From an uncultured virus (IMG/VR IMGVR_UViG_3300011547_000001) (taxonomy: Duplodnaviria > Heunggongvirae > Uroviricota > Caudoviricetes), in the IMG/VR virus record IMGVR_UViG_3300011547_000001: a stretch of 43,934 bases of DNA; one strand, given 5' to 3'. The notes below the pieces were generated by a model that saw nothing but the letters and a program-made list of their open reading frames with translations, ran no database searches and was not told the origin of the DNA. This document shows, one piece after another, positions 26,239 to 35,384 of the stretch; the stretch's first letter is position 1; each line of letters starts with the position of its first letter. Made by a program: the position numbers and the translations under genes.

Positions 26239-26859
26239 TTAGCTCCTGTACTCAATGTTCAACGGTCGGTTGTCATCACGCCAGGTTTTGTAGGTACCGT
26301 CCGCATTGAAGATGAGGGTGATATGTGGGAAATTACCACCACTAATGCATTCCTGGACAGCTGCCAGAACAGCGGTGTTGAAACGCACTTTGTGGTCAAT
26401 AGCAAACCACACAGCGTAATCCCAGTTGAACTGACCACCGTGAAATGCGTCTTTGAACGTAGGCCGAGGAACCCCACCATTTACACGCTCAGTCAGATGC
26501 CGATAGAGGTTATAATCCCGATCAGTTTTCTTGCGATACTTCTTGAGCTTTTGATTTTCGGCCCAGGCTCTGAAATCACGATGATACGATGGCTCTGGAA
26601 GAGATGCCTTGAGAAGCACAAGCACGTCGGCTGTTGAGAGATCACTCTCCCTGGACATCTTCTTTTCGTAGACAGCAGACCATGCACTAATCACCGACTT
26701 TTCCCAGGGAGGATTGTTCATACCAATCCACTTGGCTTTTGTGGCGGCGTCCCATTTCTTAGCTTGCCTTTCCTTGTGTTTAATGTAGCCAGTGACAAAA
26801 GTCCAGGTGCCGAGAACCAGTACCACTGCGGCGATAACTTCTTTGAGACCGAATTCCAT
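26239..26859 (-). CDS. Membrane-anchored protein with a degenerate module
   Basis: N-terminal TM helix; PRPTFKDAFHGGQFNWDYAVWFAIDHKVRFNTAV. Confidence 0.8.
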   Translation of the reverse strand: MEFGLKEVIAAVVLVLGTWTFVTGYIKHKERQAKKWDAATKAKWIGMNNPPWEKSVISAWSAVYEKKMSRESDLSTADVLVLLKASLPEPSYHRDFRAWAENQKLKKYRKKTDRDYNLYRHLTERVNGGVPRPTFKDAFHGGQFNWDYAVWFAIDHKVRFNTAVLAAVQECISGGNFPHITLIFNADGTYKTWRDDNRPLNIEYRS

Positions 26860-26862
26860 TGA

Positions 26863-27099
26863 TTACTCCTTTCCGTTGTTCTTGAGGAAGTCCTTACCGA
26901 GCATCTTCGCAGCTGGGAGTGAGATGCCGTAGAAGTCACGAGCCCATTTCAGCCACTCCCAACTAAGCCCGCACTTCAGATCTCCCTCGATCTGTGGTTC
27001 ACCGGCGTTACGATGGTGGTCGCTTCCAGTCCGAGGCATCCAGGTGCGAAGATAGGTATGGACTGGAGCGTGGTTATTTTCATGCACAGTGAGTTTCAT
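26863..27099 (-). CDS. Near stand-alone WxxW-module protein
   Basis: EPQIEGDLKCGLSWEWLKWARDFYGISLPAAKMLG. Confidence 0.8.
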   Translation of the reverse strand: MKLTVHENNHAPVHTYLRTWMPRTGSDHHRNAGEPQIEGDLKCGLSWEWLKWARDFYGISLPAAKMLGKDFLKNNGKE

Positions 27100-27746
27100 T
27101 TGGGTTCCTCCACCCAGCCACGGAGTTCGCTGTACTTCTTGATTTCGTCGAGGTCTTCTTTACCCCAGATAACACGAAGCTTTTCCATGGTCTCCGCACT
27201 GAACTTCTTGTCCACTCCGAAGGTGCATCCAGAGAAGCCAAACTGGCGGAACATGGCAATACGCCCGTTGAACGACTCACGACGGTTAGCCGACATCCAC
27301 AGTAAAACGATTTCGTTGATGATCTCGTCTTCCTGTTCCTGAGCCCAGCGGTCATCGCGGCTCTTGATCCAGCTGGGGTTGGTTTTGATGCTCACCCCGT
27401 GGATTTCTTCGCCGTCCATGATCATCCCGTGGTTGCCGTCATCGATGAGATCCTGCATGACGACAGGGAACTCGTCCATCTGAGTGAAGTTACGTTTCAT
27501 CCACCCCACCGGGTCCTTGACGCAGAACAGGTTGTAGAAAAAGCCCTTCTGGATGGATTCCGGGCAGAGAGGGCGGATACGCTCTGCGAAGAGCAAGAGT
27601 TTCGTCTTGTTCGTCTTGAAGTGTTTGCGGAAGTAGTTGTACAGGTACAGTTCCTGATCGAACGGGTCCGCTTCATGGGGCCAGACGAAAGGCTCAGGCT
27701 TGTGAGCGGTGGTGTTGTAGTGGGCGAGGTTGCGTGCGGTAGACAT
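27096..27746 (-). CDS. Hypothetical protein
   Basis: 216 aa within an operon. Confidence 0.85.
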   Translation of the reverse strand: MSTARNLAHYNTTAHKPEPFVWPHEADPFDQELYLYNYFRKHFKTNKTKLLLFAERIRPLCPESIQKGFFYNLFCVKDPVGWMKRNFTQMDEFPVVMQDLIDDGNHGMIMDGEEIHGVSIKTNPSWIKSRDDRWAQEQEDEIINEIVLLWMSANRRESFNGRIAMFRQFGFSGCTFGVDKKFSAETMEKLRVIWGKEDLDEIKKYSELRGWVEEPK

Positions 27747-27748
27747 GA

Positions 27749-28114
27749 TCAGTTTTCCGTGTAAGGGACAGCGCCGTGAATGAGGAAGTTGAGAATGGTA
27801 TCATTGGCCTCGGTGATAAATGGGTACGTCATATAGATCCCAGCGATGACCTCATCTTCGGAGAGCCTGTATAACACATCAATCCGGCCATTTTCGTGCG
27901 CTTCTACAACTACACTACGAGAGATCGGGCAGGCTTCGCCTGGTTTACCAGAGTGTTCGGTTTTGTGGTAGGTGAGTTTATGACCTTCGATGGTCGAAAC
28001 AACCACACCGTTTTGTTCTTTGGCGTACTTGGGTTCCTTAGCCCATTCAGCTAATTCGCTCTCGAAGGCGATCAAGGACTTGAGAATAGTCCCTCGCAAG
28101 ATAGTAAAAGCCAT
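27749..28114 (-). CDS. Hypothetical protein, paralog of 28117-28452
   Basis: ILKSLIAFESEL...ILNFLIHG versus ILYALSAFHAEL...VLNYLVDG. Confidence 0.8.
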   Translation of the reverse strand: MAFTILRGTILKSLIAFESELAEWAKEPKYAKEQNGVVVSTIEGHKLTYHKTEHSGKPGEACPISRSVVVEAHENGRIDVLYRLSEDEVIAGIYMTYPFITEANDTILNFLIHGAVPYTEN

Positions 28115-28116
28115 GT

Positions 28117-28452
28117 TTATTCCTTAGGCGGTTCTACACCGTCGACCAGATAGTTGAGAACGTGGATGAGGTAGTCGTGTTTGATCTGGATATCCGCCAC
28201 ACGGAAATGACCCGTGCGGACGTACAGCCTGGCACCTACAAACAGCAGCGCCAACATTCCGTCAACAGAGATGACCTGAACGGAACGATCGCTGTCAGCC
28301 ACGCGGTAGACCCGAGTGTTATTGCCGTAAGGCGAGGCCACGATCTCGGTCTTCCGTTTGTAATGCTCGTACAGTTTGGTGGCTTTGACCAGTTCTGCGT
28401 GAAAAGCACTCAGTGCGTACAGAATAGCGTCGTTAGCGACTGAAACACCCAT
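28117..28452 (-). CDS. Hypothetical protein, paralog of 27749-28114
   Basis: 111 aa with a GGAG RBS. Confidence 0.8.
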   Translation of the reverse strand: MGVSVANDAILYALSAFHAELVKATKLYEHYKRKTEIVASPYGNNTRVYRVADSDRSVQVISVDGMLALLFVGARLYVRTGHFRVADIQIKHDYLIHVLNYLVDGVEPPKE

Positions 28453-28455
28453 AAC

Positions 28456-28788
28456 TCACTCCCTTGCCTTTTCGTGGTCGTCTTGGGTGAGTTCATCGAG
28501 CACTAAGAAGGCACGACCACATTTACATTCTGATTGGCTCTTAACCTTAAACCCGTATGCTGAGATCAGCATAGCGCGGCCGTTGGCAAGAGGTTGGAAA
28601 CTTACGGCTTTACCGCCAGAGGCGAGCTTAACCTTGCGTACCTCGCTCATGACGGTAAAGCCTGCGGTACCGAGGATGTAATCGTCGATCAGTTCTTCGA
28701 GGGCCTTACGGCATTCTTCAACATCAAGACCCTCGAACAACTTAGCCACCCGCTCGCTAAGAACCTCTTGTATCTCAAAGCGGTTCAT
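28456..28788 (-). CDS. Hypothetical protein
   Basis: 110 aa; TAATG coupling. Confidence 0.8.
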   Translation of the reverse strand: MNRFEIQEVLSERVAKLFEGLDVEECRKALEELIDDYILGTAGFTVMSEVRKVKLASGGKAVSFQPLANGRAMLISAYGFKVKSQSECKCGRAFLVLDELTQDDHEKARE

Positions 28789-29393
28789 TATTCCCCCTGT
28801 GGTTTCACCATGTAGGTGTTATCGGTCGTCATTTTGTTGATCTGCGGCTCTCCGTCCTTGAGGTGACCCACTACCCGACCTGCATCGTTGACCAGCCGTA
28901 CTGGTGGTCGCTCTGGGCGAACAGGGCGGCTTTTTCCACGTTTGACGAGGCCCACAAACTTACCGCGTTCTAGCAGTACTTCTGGCTCGCGGTCTGGAAG
29001 TACAGGTGCGGGTTGGTTTGGCACGTCCATTTGTTTGAATCCTTCCTCCGTGCCATAAATGGCCAGTGGCGTCTTGGCTTTTTCAAGCGACTTCTTCAGT
29101 CGATCCACCTGGCTGCGCATGCGGCGATTGGAACGACGCAACGCATTGATTTCACCAGTGCTCCAGAGGATACGCTGGGCCAAGGCTACCATCATTTCTT
29201 CGGGGGTTTCGTTATGAGCCATGTTGTTGACCATGACTTTCTTGAGCAGAGTTACGATGTCCTGTTCTGGCAGGAGGAAATTCTCCTTGTGAACAGGGAT
29301 GTCCAGATTGTGTTTAGACACCAGGTCATTGAGGTAATCTTGAACGGCGAACAGGTCACCTTTAAAGTGCATGCGATTGTCTAAGCTGGTCAT
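28788..29393 (-). CDS. Hypothetical early protein with a coiled coil
   Basis: 201 aa with an AAGGAG RBS; first gene after P6. Confidence 0.85.
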   Translation of the reverse strand: MTSLDNRMHFKGDLFAVQDYLNDLVSKHNLDIPVHKENFLLPEQDIVTLLKKVMVNNMAHNETPEEMMVALAQRILWSTGEINALRRSNRRMRSQVDRLKKSLEKAKTPLAIYGTEEGFKQMDVPNQPAPVLPDREPEVLLERGKFVGLVKRGKSRPVRPERPPVRLVNDAGRVVGHLKDGEPQINKMTTDNTYMVKPQGE

Positions 29394-29419
29394 GTAAAAC
29401 TCCTTGCATTAGTTACATC

Positions 29420-29437
29420 GTGGTAATATAGGTTTAA
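29420..29437 (-). promoter_or_regulatory. Early promoter P6
   Basis: Minus strand TTAAACCTATATTACCAC. Confidence 0.8.
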
Positions 29438-29453
29438 TAAATTGTGCGGTGCC

Positions 29454-29488
29454 AAAAATAAAGCCTTAGGGGACTAGGTCCCCTAAGG
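29454..29488 (-). terminator. Rho-independent terminator
   Basis: ccttaggggac-tag-gtcccctaagg followed by CTTTATTTTT. Confidence 0.85.
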
Positions 29489-29494
29489 TTGGTA

Positions 29495-30679
29495 TTACTG
29501 GGCGTCCTGGTAATCTGGACCGGCGTGCGTCAGGCGCTTGGTGTAATCGATCTGATACACGTTATGGATGTTCGGATGCCAGGCGTGCTTGAAGAGTGCT
29601 TCTTCCTTACGGAACTTGTTTGTCATGAGGCGCCGGGCGCCCTCTTCCCAGGCAACATCGAAGCCACAGGAATGGGTACGGCGGAACCATTGCACCCATT
29701 CCTTCGAAAGGGTGAGCCCGTTGGAGTCACGAGAATCCTTGATTTCCGGTTCAGTGGGCCCTTCCTCGATGCGGCGCTGGATGGCCTGGGTGAAACGCAC
29801 CATGGCGTTGATCGGGCTAACGACCTTTTCATCGCCGAGATCGATAACGAGCATGTTCTCGGTAACGCGAGGTTGGGCCAGACGACGTGCCACTTCTTTA
29901 CCCAGGGCACTCAGGTACTTGCGGCCGAAGGTTACGGGATTACCCACGGGACCGCAGGGAACAGTGAAGGAACCGCCCATCTGGAGATGGAGCGTCTGGA
30001 AGAAGCCGGTGAGCCAGGTGTCGGAGCAGTTTTCCAGGGTGCGGACGAGCTGCTGCTCTTTATATTCTTCGAGCGGCTCTTCGATCACGGCACGCTCTTC
30101 CAGTGCCATCTCACCCATTCGAGCACGTTCGTAGAGAACGGAGATGGCCTGGGAGCGGAACTTGGGCAACAGCGTGATCGGAGTAGGGCAGCCGTCGAAG
30201 GTGAAGGTGGTGGGCTCGACGTCGTTGGGATTGCGCTTGACTTCGGTGTTTTTCAGGAAGTTGAACACCTGCTCGGTGGTCATGGCTTCGAGGGTTTTCA
30301 TGCTGCTTTGTGCTTTTTTGTCGTCCACGTTTTCATTCCTTGGTGAAGCATCATGTTGTCTGGCAAAGGCCAGGAGTTCGGAGAGGCGTTCCGCGGCGTC
30401 TTCTACGCTGCCAGGAATGTCACATTGCACGAGATCGGTGCCCGAGATATTGATGACGAAGCGGAAATCCTTCAGGGAGTCATGTTCCTCACCGACGCGC
30501 GGAGCGCTGTACTTGATCTCGGTGCCTTCGTCGATAATCCGCACCACGAGCATGCAGTCACCGATGGTCATGAACGTATTACCTTTTTGGTCACTGAGGT
30601 AAGTCCAGTTATTACGGATGAAGATGTGGCTGAGTTCCTCACCTTCTTTGACCATCTTGGCAACCAATGGACTGGTCAT
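29495..30679 (-). CDS. 394-aa protein with a C-terminal WxxW module
   Basis: EPEIKDSRDSNGLTLSKEWVQWFRRTHSCGFDVAWEEG. Confidence 0.85.
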   Translation of the reverse strand: MTSPLVAKMVKEGEELSHIFIRNNWTYLSDQKGNTFMTIGDCMLVVRIIDEGTEIKYSAPRVGEEHDSLKDFRFVINISGTDLVQCDIPGSVEDAAERLSELLAFARQHDASPRNENVDDKKAQSSMKTLEAMTTEQVFNFLKNTEVKRNPNDVEPTTFTFDGCPTPITLLPKFRSQAISVLYERARMGEMALEERAVIEEPLEEYKEQQLVRTLENCSDTWLTGFFQTLHLQMGGSFTVPCGPVGNPVTFGRKYLSALGKEVARRLAQPRVTENMLVIDLGDEKVVSPINAMVRFTQAIQRRIEEGPTEPEIKDSRDSNGLTLSKEWVQWFRRTHSCGFDVAWEEGARRLMTNKFRKEEALFKHAWHPNIHNVYQIDYTKRLTHAGPDYQDAQ

Positions 30680-31449
30680 TGCTGTTCCCCCTTTACCTTG
30701 TGAATGAGTGTGACTGAGCCGTTGCTGACATCGACGGTGAAATCGAAATCAGGCCAGGAGGTTGGGTAATACTTCTTGATGAGCAACCTGGCGGTGAGTT
30801 TGAACGCCTCGGACAGATTAGCGCACATCGTGTTCTTTACCAGCCACAGGCACCAGCTCCGACCAATCCGGATATTCTCCTTGTTACTGCCATGGATCTC
30901 CTGGATCGGGGGACTCCCAACGACAGTCCCAATGGACTCTTTGACCAACCCGCGATCCTCACCGCCAGATTCAATGAGCCGTATGTATTTGATAGTGCGG
31001 TGGTGCTCGCTTGATAAACTTGAATCGAATACCGTAAGTCGCAGCAGCACGTCGCGATTACCGCGGACACCGCCGACGATGGCGTCCAACAGAGGAGCGA
31101 AATAACCCTGACGCCCGCGCTGGGTGGTGATGTAGTGAGTGAATCTACCCAGCTCGAAAAACGCGCTATAGATGGTGTGCATCGCGGTCTCACGCACGTC
31201 GTAAACGGCGTATTGGTTCGGACTGAACTCACTGACCATTTCATCGGGAATGTTTCTGATGTAACGGCGCTTTACGTCGTTTTCCTTATTCCCGAAGATA
31301 GCGGCGAGTTGTTTCTCGTCCGAGCATGGAACCCCTCCTTCCCCGATGAACTCCTCGCCGTTCATGGCGGCAAGCAGTGGATAGGCTCCGGCGTAGTCCA
31401 GTTGGATAATATCCAATGCAATGACATAATCTTCGTCATGAGCTGCCAT
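30676..31449 (-). CDS. 257-aa protein with a C-terminal WxxW module
   Basis: PPIQEIHGSNKENIRIGRSWCLWLVKNTMCANLSEAF. Confidence 0.85.
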   Translation of the reverse strand: MAAHDEDYVIALDIIQLDYAGAYPLLAAMNGEEFIGEGGVPCSDEKQLAAIFGNKENDVKRRYIRNIPDEMVSEFSPNQYAVYDVRETAMHTIYSAFFELGRFTHYITTQRGRQGYFAPLLDAIVGGVRGNRDVLLRLTVFDSSLSSEHHRTIKYIRLIESGGEDRGLVKESIGTVVGSPPIQEIHGSNKENIRIGRSWCLWLVKNTMCANLSEAFKLTARLLIKKYYPTSWPDFDFTVDVSNGSVTLIHKVKGEQQ

Positions 31450-31701
31450 TTATTCCCCCTTGATTGGATTGCAGGTTACATTAACCGAGGTATTACCGAC
31501 CAGAAGGCTCCCTTCCTTACTGGCCCGGATATGGGTAGGACCAGAAGACTTGATGTGATTCTTCAGGCCAGCGTGTTTGACAACTGTCATCATTGCCGAC
31601 TTACACTCACTGGCGTCGATGACATTGTTGGTGACCGTCCTGACCTGCTCACTGGGTGGGCCACCGCCAATAAGGAACGTGGCGAGTAGGAGCGCTTTCA
31701 T
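31450..31701 (-). CDS. Small exported protein
   Basis: Hydrophobic N-terminus and two Cys. Confidence 0.75.
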   Translation of the reverse strand: MKALLLATFLIGGGPPSEQVRTVTNNVIDASECKSAMMTVVKHAGLKNHIKSSGPTHIRASKEGSLLVGNTSVNVTCNPIKGE

Positions 31702-31731
31702 AAATGATTGTCCTTCTGGTTATTAAAGACG

Positions 31732-31764
31732 AAAAATAAAAGTGGGTCACGAGGACCCACTTTT
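31732..31764 (-). terminator. Rho-independent terminator, possibly bidirectional
   Basis: aaaagtgggtc-acgag-gacccactttt followed by ATTTTT on the minus strand. Confidence 0.8.
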
Positions 31765-31775
31765 ACTACAACGGT

Positions 31776-33492
31776 TTACAGGCCGTTCAGGAATGCCAGC
31801 CCGGCAGGAGCGCCGATAGCTTCGCTTGGAGCATTGCCCAGGACCAGAGTCGCGTTACCGCTGCGACCGGCCATGACGTTGCGACCCACGCGGGAACCGA
31901 TGGCGCCCAGGCCCAGGCCGATGGTGCCGGCGAGGGTGTAGCGACCGAAGGTGCTTTCGATGTTGTCGTCCACGAGTTCACCGAGGAAGAACGCACCGAT
32001 CGCACCTGCCAGGGTACCCACGCCACTGCCCACGGTCAGGCTACCGCTGGCGAAGGTTTCCATGCCGCCACCGATCACCGCCGCACCAGCCGCGATCCAG
32101 GAGCTGCGAATGCCTTGGTCGCTTTCACCGGTGAGGGTGAAACGCGAACGGGCTTCGACGTAGCTCTGAGCCGAAGGTTGGTACTCGGTTTTCAGCCAGG
32201 TCAGATACAGGACGGTGGTCTGCTCGTTGGCCGGCTGGGCCAGGAAGTTGTAGATGGCCTGGTCCTTGTTCTGGTTCTTCATGAACGGCTCGGCCGAGTA
32301 CGCCTGGAAGGCGGCGTTGGTCGCGGCATTGGTGCCCAGGAAGGTGGTCCAGGCTTCCTCGCGTTGTTCAGGGGTGGTGAGACCCATGGTGATGAACGCT
32401 TGCAGGAAGGTTGCGTAGTCTTGCTGTTGCTCAGCAGCGCCGTTGGTGTTGGCGTTGTTGTTTGCTGCGGTGTTTGCGTTAGCCATGGTGTTGCCCTCTT
32501 CGGAAGTAACGATAGTTGGTTGCTGTTCAGGAGCTGCGGTATTTTCCGCAGTGGTTGGTTGAACATGGGTATGCGTACTGCTGGCTTGGAAACCTTCAGG
32601 GATAGAAGTCCCCCTGATTTCGTTGACGGTTTCCAATGGGTCTTTGAAGACGGTGGAGATGTCCCCTACCGGCGACGTCGCACGGAAAATATTGCCGTGG
32701 GCGTCGGTCAGGATCTTGAGTTCTTCACCAGCCGGTGTAGTGAAGATGTGGGTGAGGAAAGTCGTGTCGAGACCGGCAAGCGTACCTTGGTGGGTACATC
32801 CGTCGATCAGCTTCGAGATAACCCGATCACGGTGCTTGGCCATGATCATGTCGGTCCAAGAAACACGATTCAGAACGGGGATCGGAGCCANNNNNNNNNN
32901 CAGTTGCGCCAGGGGCTACCGTAACAGCAACCCCACCGTCACCCAACTCTTCGATGAGTGGGAACTTGTGGTTGAACTCAGGGGCAGGCGCTTCGCTACC
33001 CAGCGCTTCTTCGAGCGCCCCGTGAATACGCCGGCCGAGGATGATCGTTTCGGCAGTGACACCCTCGTCGGTTTTAGGGAAATCACCATCACCGATTACT
33101 TTCACGGTTACGCCCTTGTCGCCCTGGATAGCGTCACCCACTTTCACATCCTCTACCGCTTTAACGCCGTCAGCCTTTTCGACCGAGGTACCGGCCATAA
33201 CCGTAACCGAGCCTTTCAGCTCGGTTACGGGAATAGCGCCGTTGGTGTTCTCGTAGTCGCTCTTGTCACCCGCTTTAACCTTGGTCATGGACCAGGAGGT
33301 CCCGAACTTCTGGTTGATCAGGCGCAACGCAGCGGCACGTTGAGACTGGTGGAACGTCTTCGAGTCCAGGAGCTGAACGCGGAGATACCCTTGTTGCTTT
33401 TCGACCGGTACGCCTTGCGAGCGCAGTGCTTTCAGCGCGGAAACAATTTCTTCGACATGTGCGCTGAGTTCGGCATTCTGATCTTTCGACAT
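31776..33492 (-). CDS. Probable single ~570-aa gene across the N gap, with C-terminal glycine-zipper membrane helices
   Basis: Closing gap 32891-32900 joins ...APGAT-V-APIPVLNRVSWTDMIM in frame; AAGGAG RBS before ATG 33492; GxxxG-rich C-terminus. Confidence 0.7.
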
Positions 33493-33553
33493 AATCTCAA
33501 ACTCCTTCACTCAGGTGAATGTTCATAACAAATAATCTTGTTATTTATTCACC

Positions 33554-33571
33554 TAAGTGATGTAGATTTGA
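33554..33571 (-). promoter_or_regulatory. Early promoter P7
   Basis: Minus strand TCAAATCTACATCACTTA. Confidence 0.75.
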
Positions 33572-33591
33572 AATCAACTGTAACTTAAAAA

Positions 33592-33975
33592 TCAGCTACA
33601 GACGATAGTGGGCTTTTCAGTAGGTGCCGATGCGACAGGGCGCCGTACGAACTGCAAGTGGTCACTACGAACCATTGAAAATGGTCCATAATCAGTCATG
33701 CCGTCTTTGTCGACATACTTCAGGTCGCACTCGTAGTGCTTATTCTGAGAAACGACCCAGACACCGGTATCGGTATTGTTCTCGAACCGGTAGAACGATG
33801 ACTCGTAACGAGGGTTGCCATCACGAGCACAGGGAATGTACTTGATAAGCACTACCTCGGTTCCGACGTCATCATGGATGGTGGTGGCACCCGTGATGAC
33901 GCAGATATCACCCTCCTCTTTGGGCCCTTCTGGCGGTAGGAGTACTACGCGGCTTTTGGTCGAAAGTGTTGGCAT
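33592..33975 (-). CDS. Hypothetical protein, paralog of 33985-34293
   Basis: VGTEVVLIKYI...WVVS...DHLQ versus IGREVILIKFL...WMVS...EHLR. Confidence 0.8.
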   Translation of the reverse strand: MPTLSTKSRVVLLPPEGPKEEGDICVITGATTIHDDVGTEVVLIKYIPCARDGNPRYESSFYRFENNTDTGVWVVSQNKHYECDLKYVDKDGMTDYGPFSMVRSDHLQFVRRPVASAPTEKPTIVCS

Positions 33976-33984
33976 GGTCCTTCC

Positions 33985-34293
33985 TCAGCAAATTTGTATC
34001 TTGGGGCGACTATCGATGTCTGGTGGGGTCCTCCTGAGATGCTCCTCGTAAATAAGGACCTTCTTCATTGGGTAGGTATCCCCGGTCGATAGAGCGGCTA
34101 ACAGAGGTTCGCCATTCGTAGCGCTCACCATCCAGCCAGACCAGCTGGAGTGATAAATGGTGTCACCTTCCTTTACCTTCTCACCAGCCTCGAGGAACTT
34201 GATCAGGATGACCTCCCGTCCAATATTCGCGCGGCAGGTCAAATTGAAACAGTCCGTGATGAAAAGTTTTTCGCCTACTTTGAAATATTTCAT
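33985..34293 (-). CDS. Hypothetical protein, paralog of 33592-33975
   Basis: 102-aa ORF. Confidence 0.8.
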   Translation of the reverse strand: MKYFKVGEKLFITDCFNLTCRANIGREVILIKFLEAGEKVKEGDTIYHSSWSGWMVSATNGEPLLAALSTGDTYPMKKVLIYEEHLRRTPPDIDSRPKIQIC

Positions 34294-34302
34294 TGCACCC
34301 CC

Positions 34303-34737
34303 TTAGGGTTTCTTGAACCCGTAATCGGCTTTCCAGAATACCAGCTCTTTACCGAGCCAGTCCGAGAATGCAGCATCCAGAGCGAGTACGTCGTACTTGT
34401 CAGGATCGTAGGTGATCGACATGTGATGGAGTGGGGTTACAAACGAATGCTCGTAACCAGCTTCCTTCAGACGACGGAACTCCTCGGAGAGGTCCTTGCT
34501 CGACATGTGGAAGACGTAGCCGTCGCCGAGGTGTTCGAGCTTTGTGAGGTGAGCACGGAACTCACGACGAGGATCCATGACCGCCAGAGGCTTGTCATGC
34601 TTACGCTCGTCGTAGACCAGTGTACAGTGCAGGTCGTACTTCGGAGGGGCCACGTTGGCTTCCAGGAGCTTGGCGAAGATCTCTTCAACGTACTCCGGCT
34701 TCAGCTCGGCGGAGATATAACTGTAATCACGCTCCAA
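34303..34737 (-). CDS. acb1: 2H phosphodiesterase, Acb1/T4 57B-like putative anti-CBASS nuclease
   Basis: TTG start after AAGGAG; YISAEL, LHCTLVYD and G.EHSF...HMSITYD give two HxT/S motifs; ~144 aa. Confidence 0.8.
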   Translation of the reverse strand: MERDYSYISAELKPEYVEEIFAKLLEANVAPPKYDLHCTLVYDERKHDKPLAVMDPRREFRAHLTKLEHLGDGYVFHMSSKDLSEEFRRLKEAGYEHSFVTPLHHMSITYDPDKYDVLALDAAFSDWLGKELVFWKADYGFKKP

Positions 34738-34948
34738 GAGTGTTCTCCTTTTTCTTTTCAACGAAGATGGAATGGATGCAGTTGCTTTTGAGAACGCGGT
34801 TGTTGACATCACATGCCACTCGCAGTCTCGATTTGTCCAGTTGGAGATCAACAGCGCTAAACGAAGAACCGTTAGCATAAAAGAAGATCCCCGGTCTCAG
34901 TCCATCAGGACTGAACCGGTCGATCCCTTGAAGCTTAAGGAGATCCAT
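34727..34948 (-). CDS. Hypothetical protein
   Basis: ATG 34948 after AAGGAAAGG; overlaps the acb1 start. Confidence 0.6.
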   Translation of the reverse strand: MDLLKLQGIDRFSPDGLRPGIFFYANGSSFSAVDLQLDKSRLRVACDVNNRVLKSNCIHSIFVEKKKENTLGA

Positions 34949-34967
34949 AACCTTTCCTTGTAAAGAC

Positions 34968-34998
34968 AAAATAAAAACCGCCAGTGTGACCTGGCGGG
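34968..34998 (-). terminator. Rho-independent terminator
   Basis: ccgccag...ctggcgg followed by TTTTTATTTT. Confidence 0.8.
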
Positions 34999-35003
34999 AT
35001 TTG

Positions 35004-35207
35004 CTAACTCATGCGAACGACATGTGAAACTGCAACGCGTTTGATAAGTCCGCGCTTGATGCGGCTCTGCACACGGAGAATCGCCTCACGCTGTGGGCCG
35101 TCTTTAGGTAAGACACGATCCGCCAAAAGGCAATTCCACAGGATTTCGATTCGCAGTGCCTTGATGCAAAACGGGGTGTAGACCGTGTAAAGCTCTTTGA
35201 GCTTCAC
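35004..35207 (-). CDS. Hypothetical protein
   Basis: 67 aa with a GTG start, followed by a terminator. Confidence 0.65.
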   Translation of the reverse strand: MKLKELYTVYTPFCIKALRIEILWNCLLADRVLPKDGPQREAILRVQSRIKRGLIKRVAVSHVVRMS

Positions 35208-35209
35208 GA

Positions 35210-35383
35210 TTAGTTCCAGCCCTTGAAGCGAGGGTTCTTGATGTGAACCTCGACGAAGGTACGGCCGTCACGGCATTTGGCCTGGAGACGTTTTACGGCA
35301 GCTTCGGCGGCTTCGAAGGTCAACTCGTTACCACGATAACTGGCACGTTCTGCATTGACAAACATTTCGTATTCGCTTTCCAT
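35210..35383 (-). CDS. Hypothetical protein (57 aa, MESEYEMF)
   Basis: AAGGA RBS; starts just after the upstream stop. Confidence 0.7.
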   Translation of the reverse strand: MESEYEMFVNAERASYRGNELTFEAAEAAVKRLQAKCRDGRTFVEVHIKNPRFKGWN

Positions 35384-35384
35384 T

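Noticed and set aside
27096..27746. WxxW module in the 216-aa protein (KPEPFVW..., TNPSWIKS)
   Set aside because: The spacing and second aromatic residue do not fit, so it was not counted.
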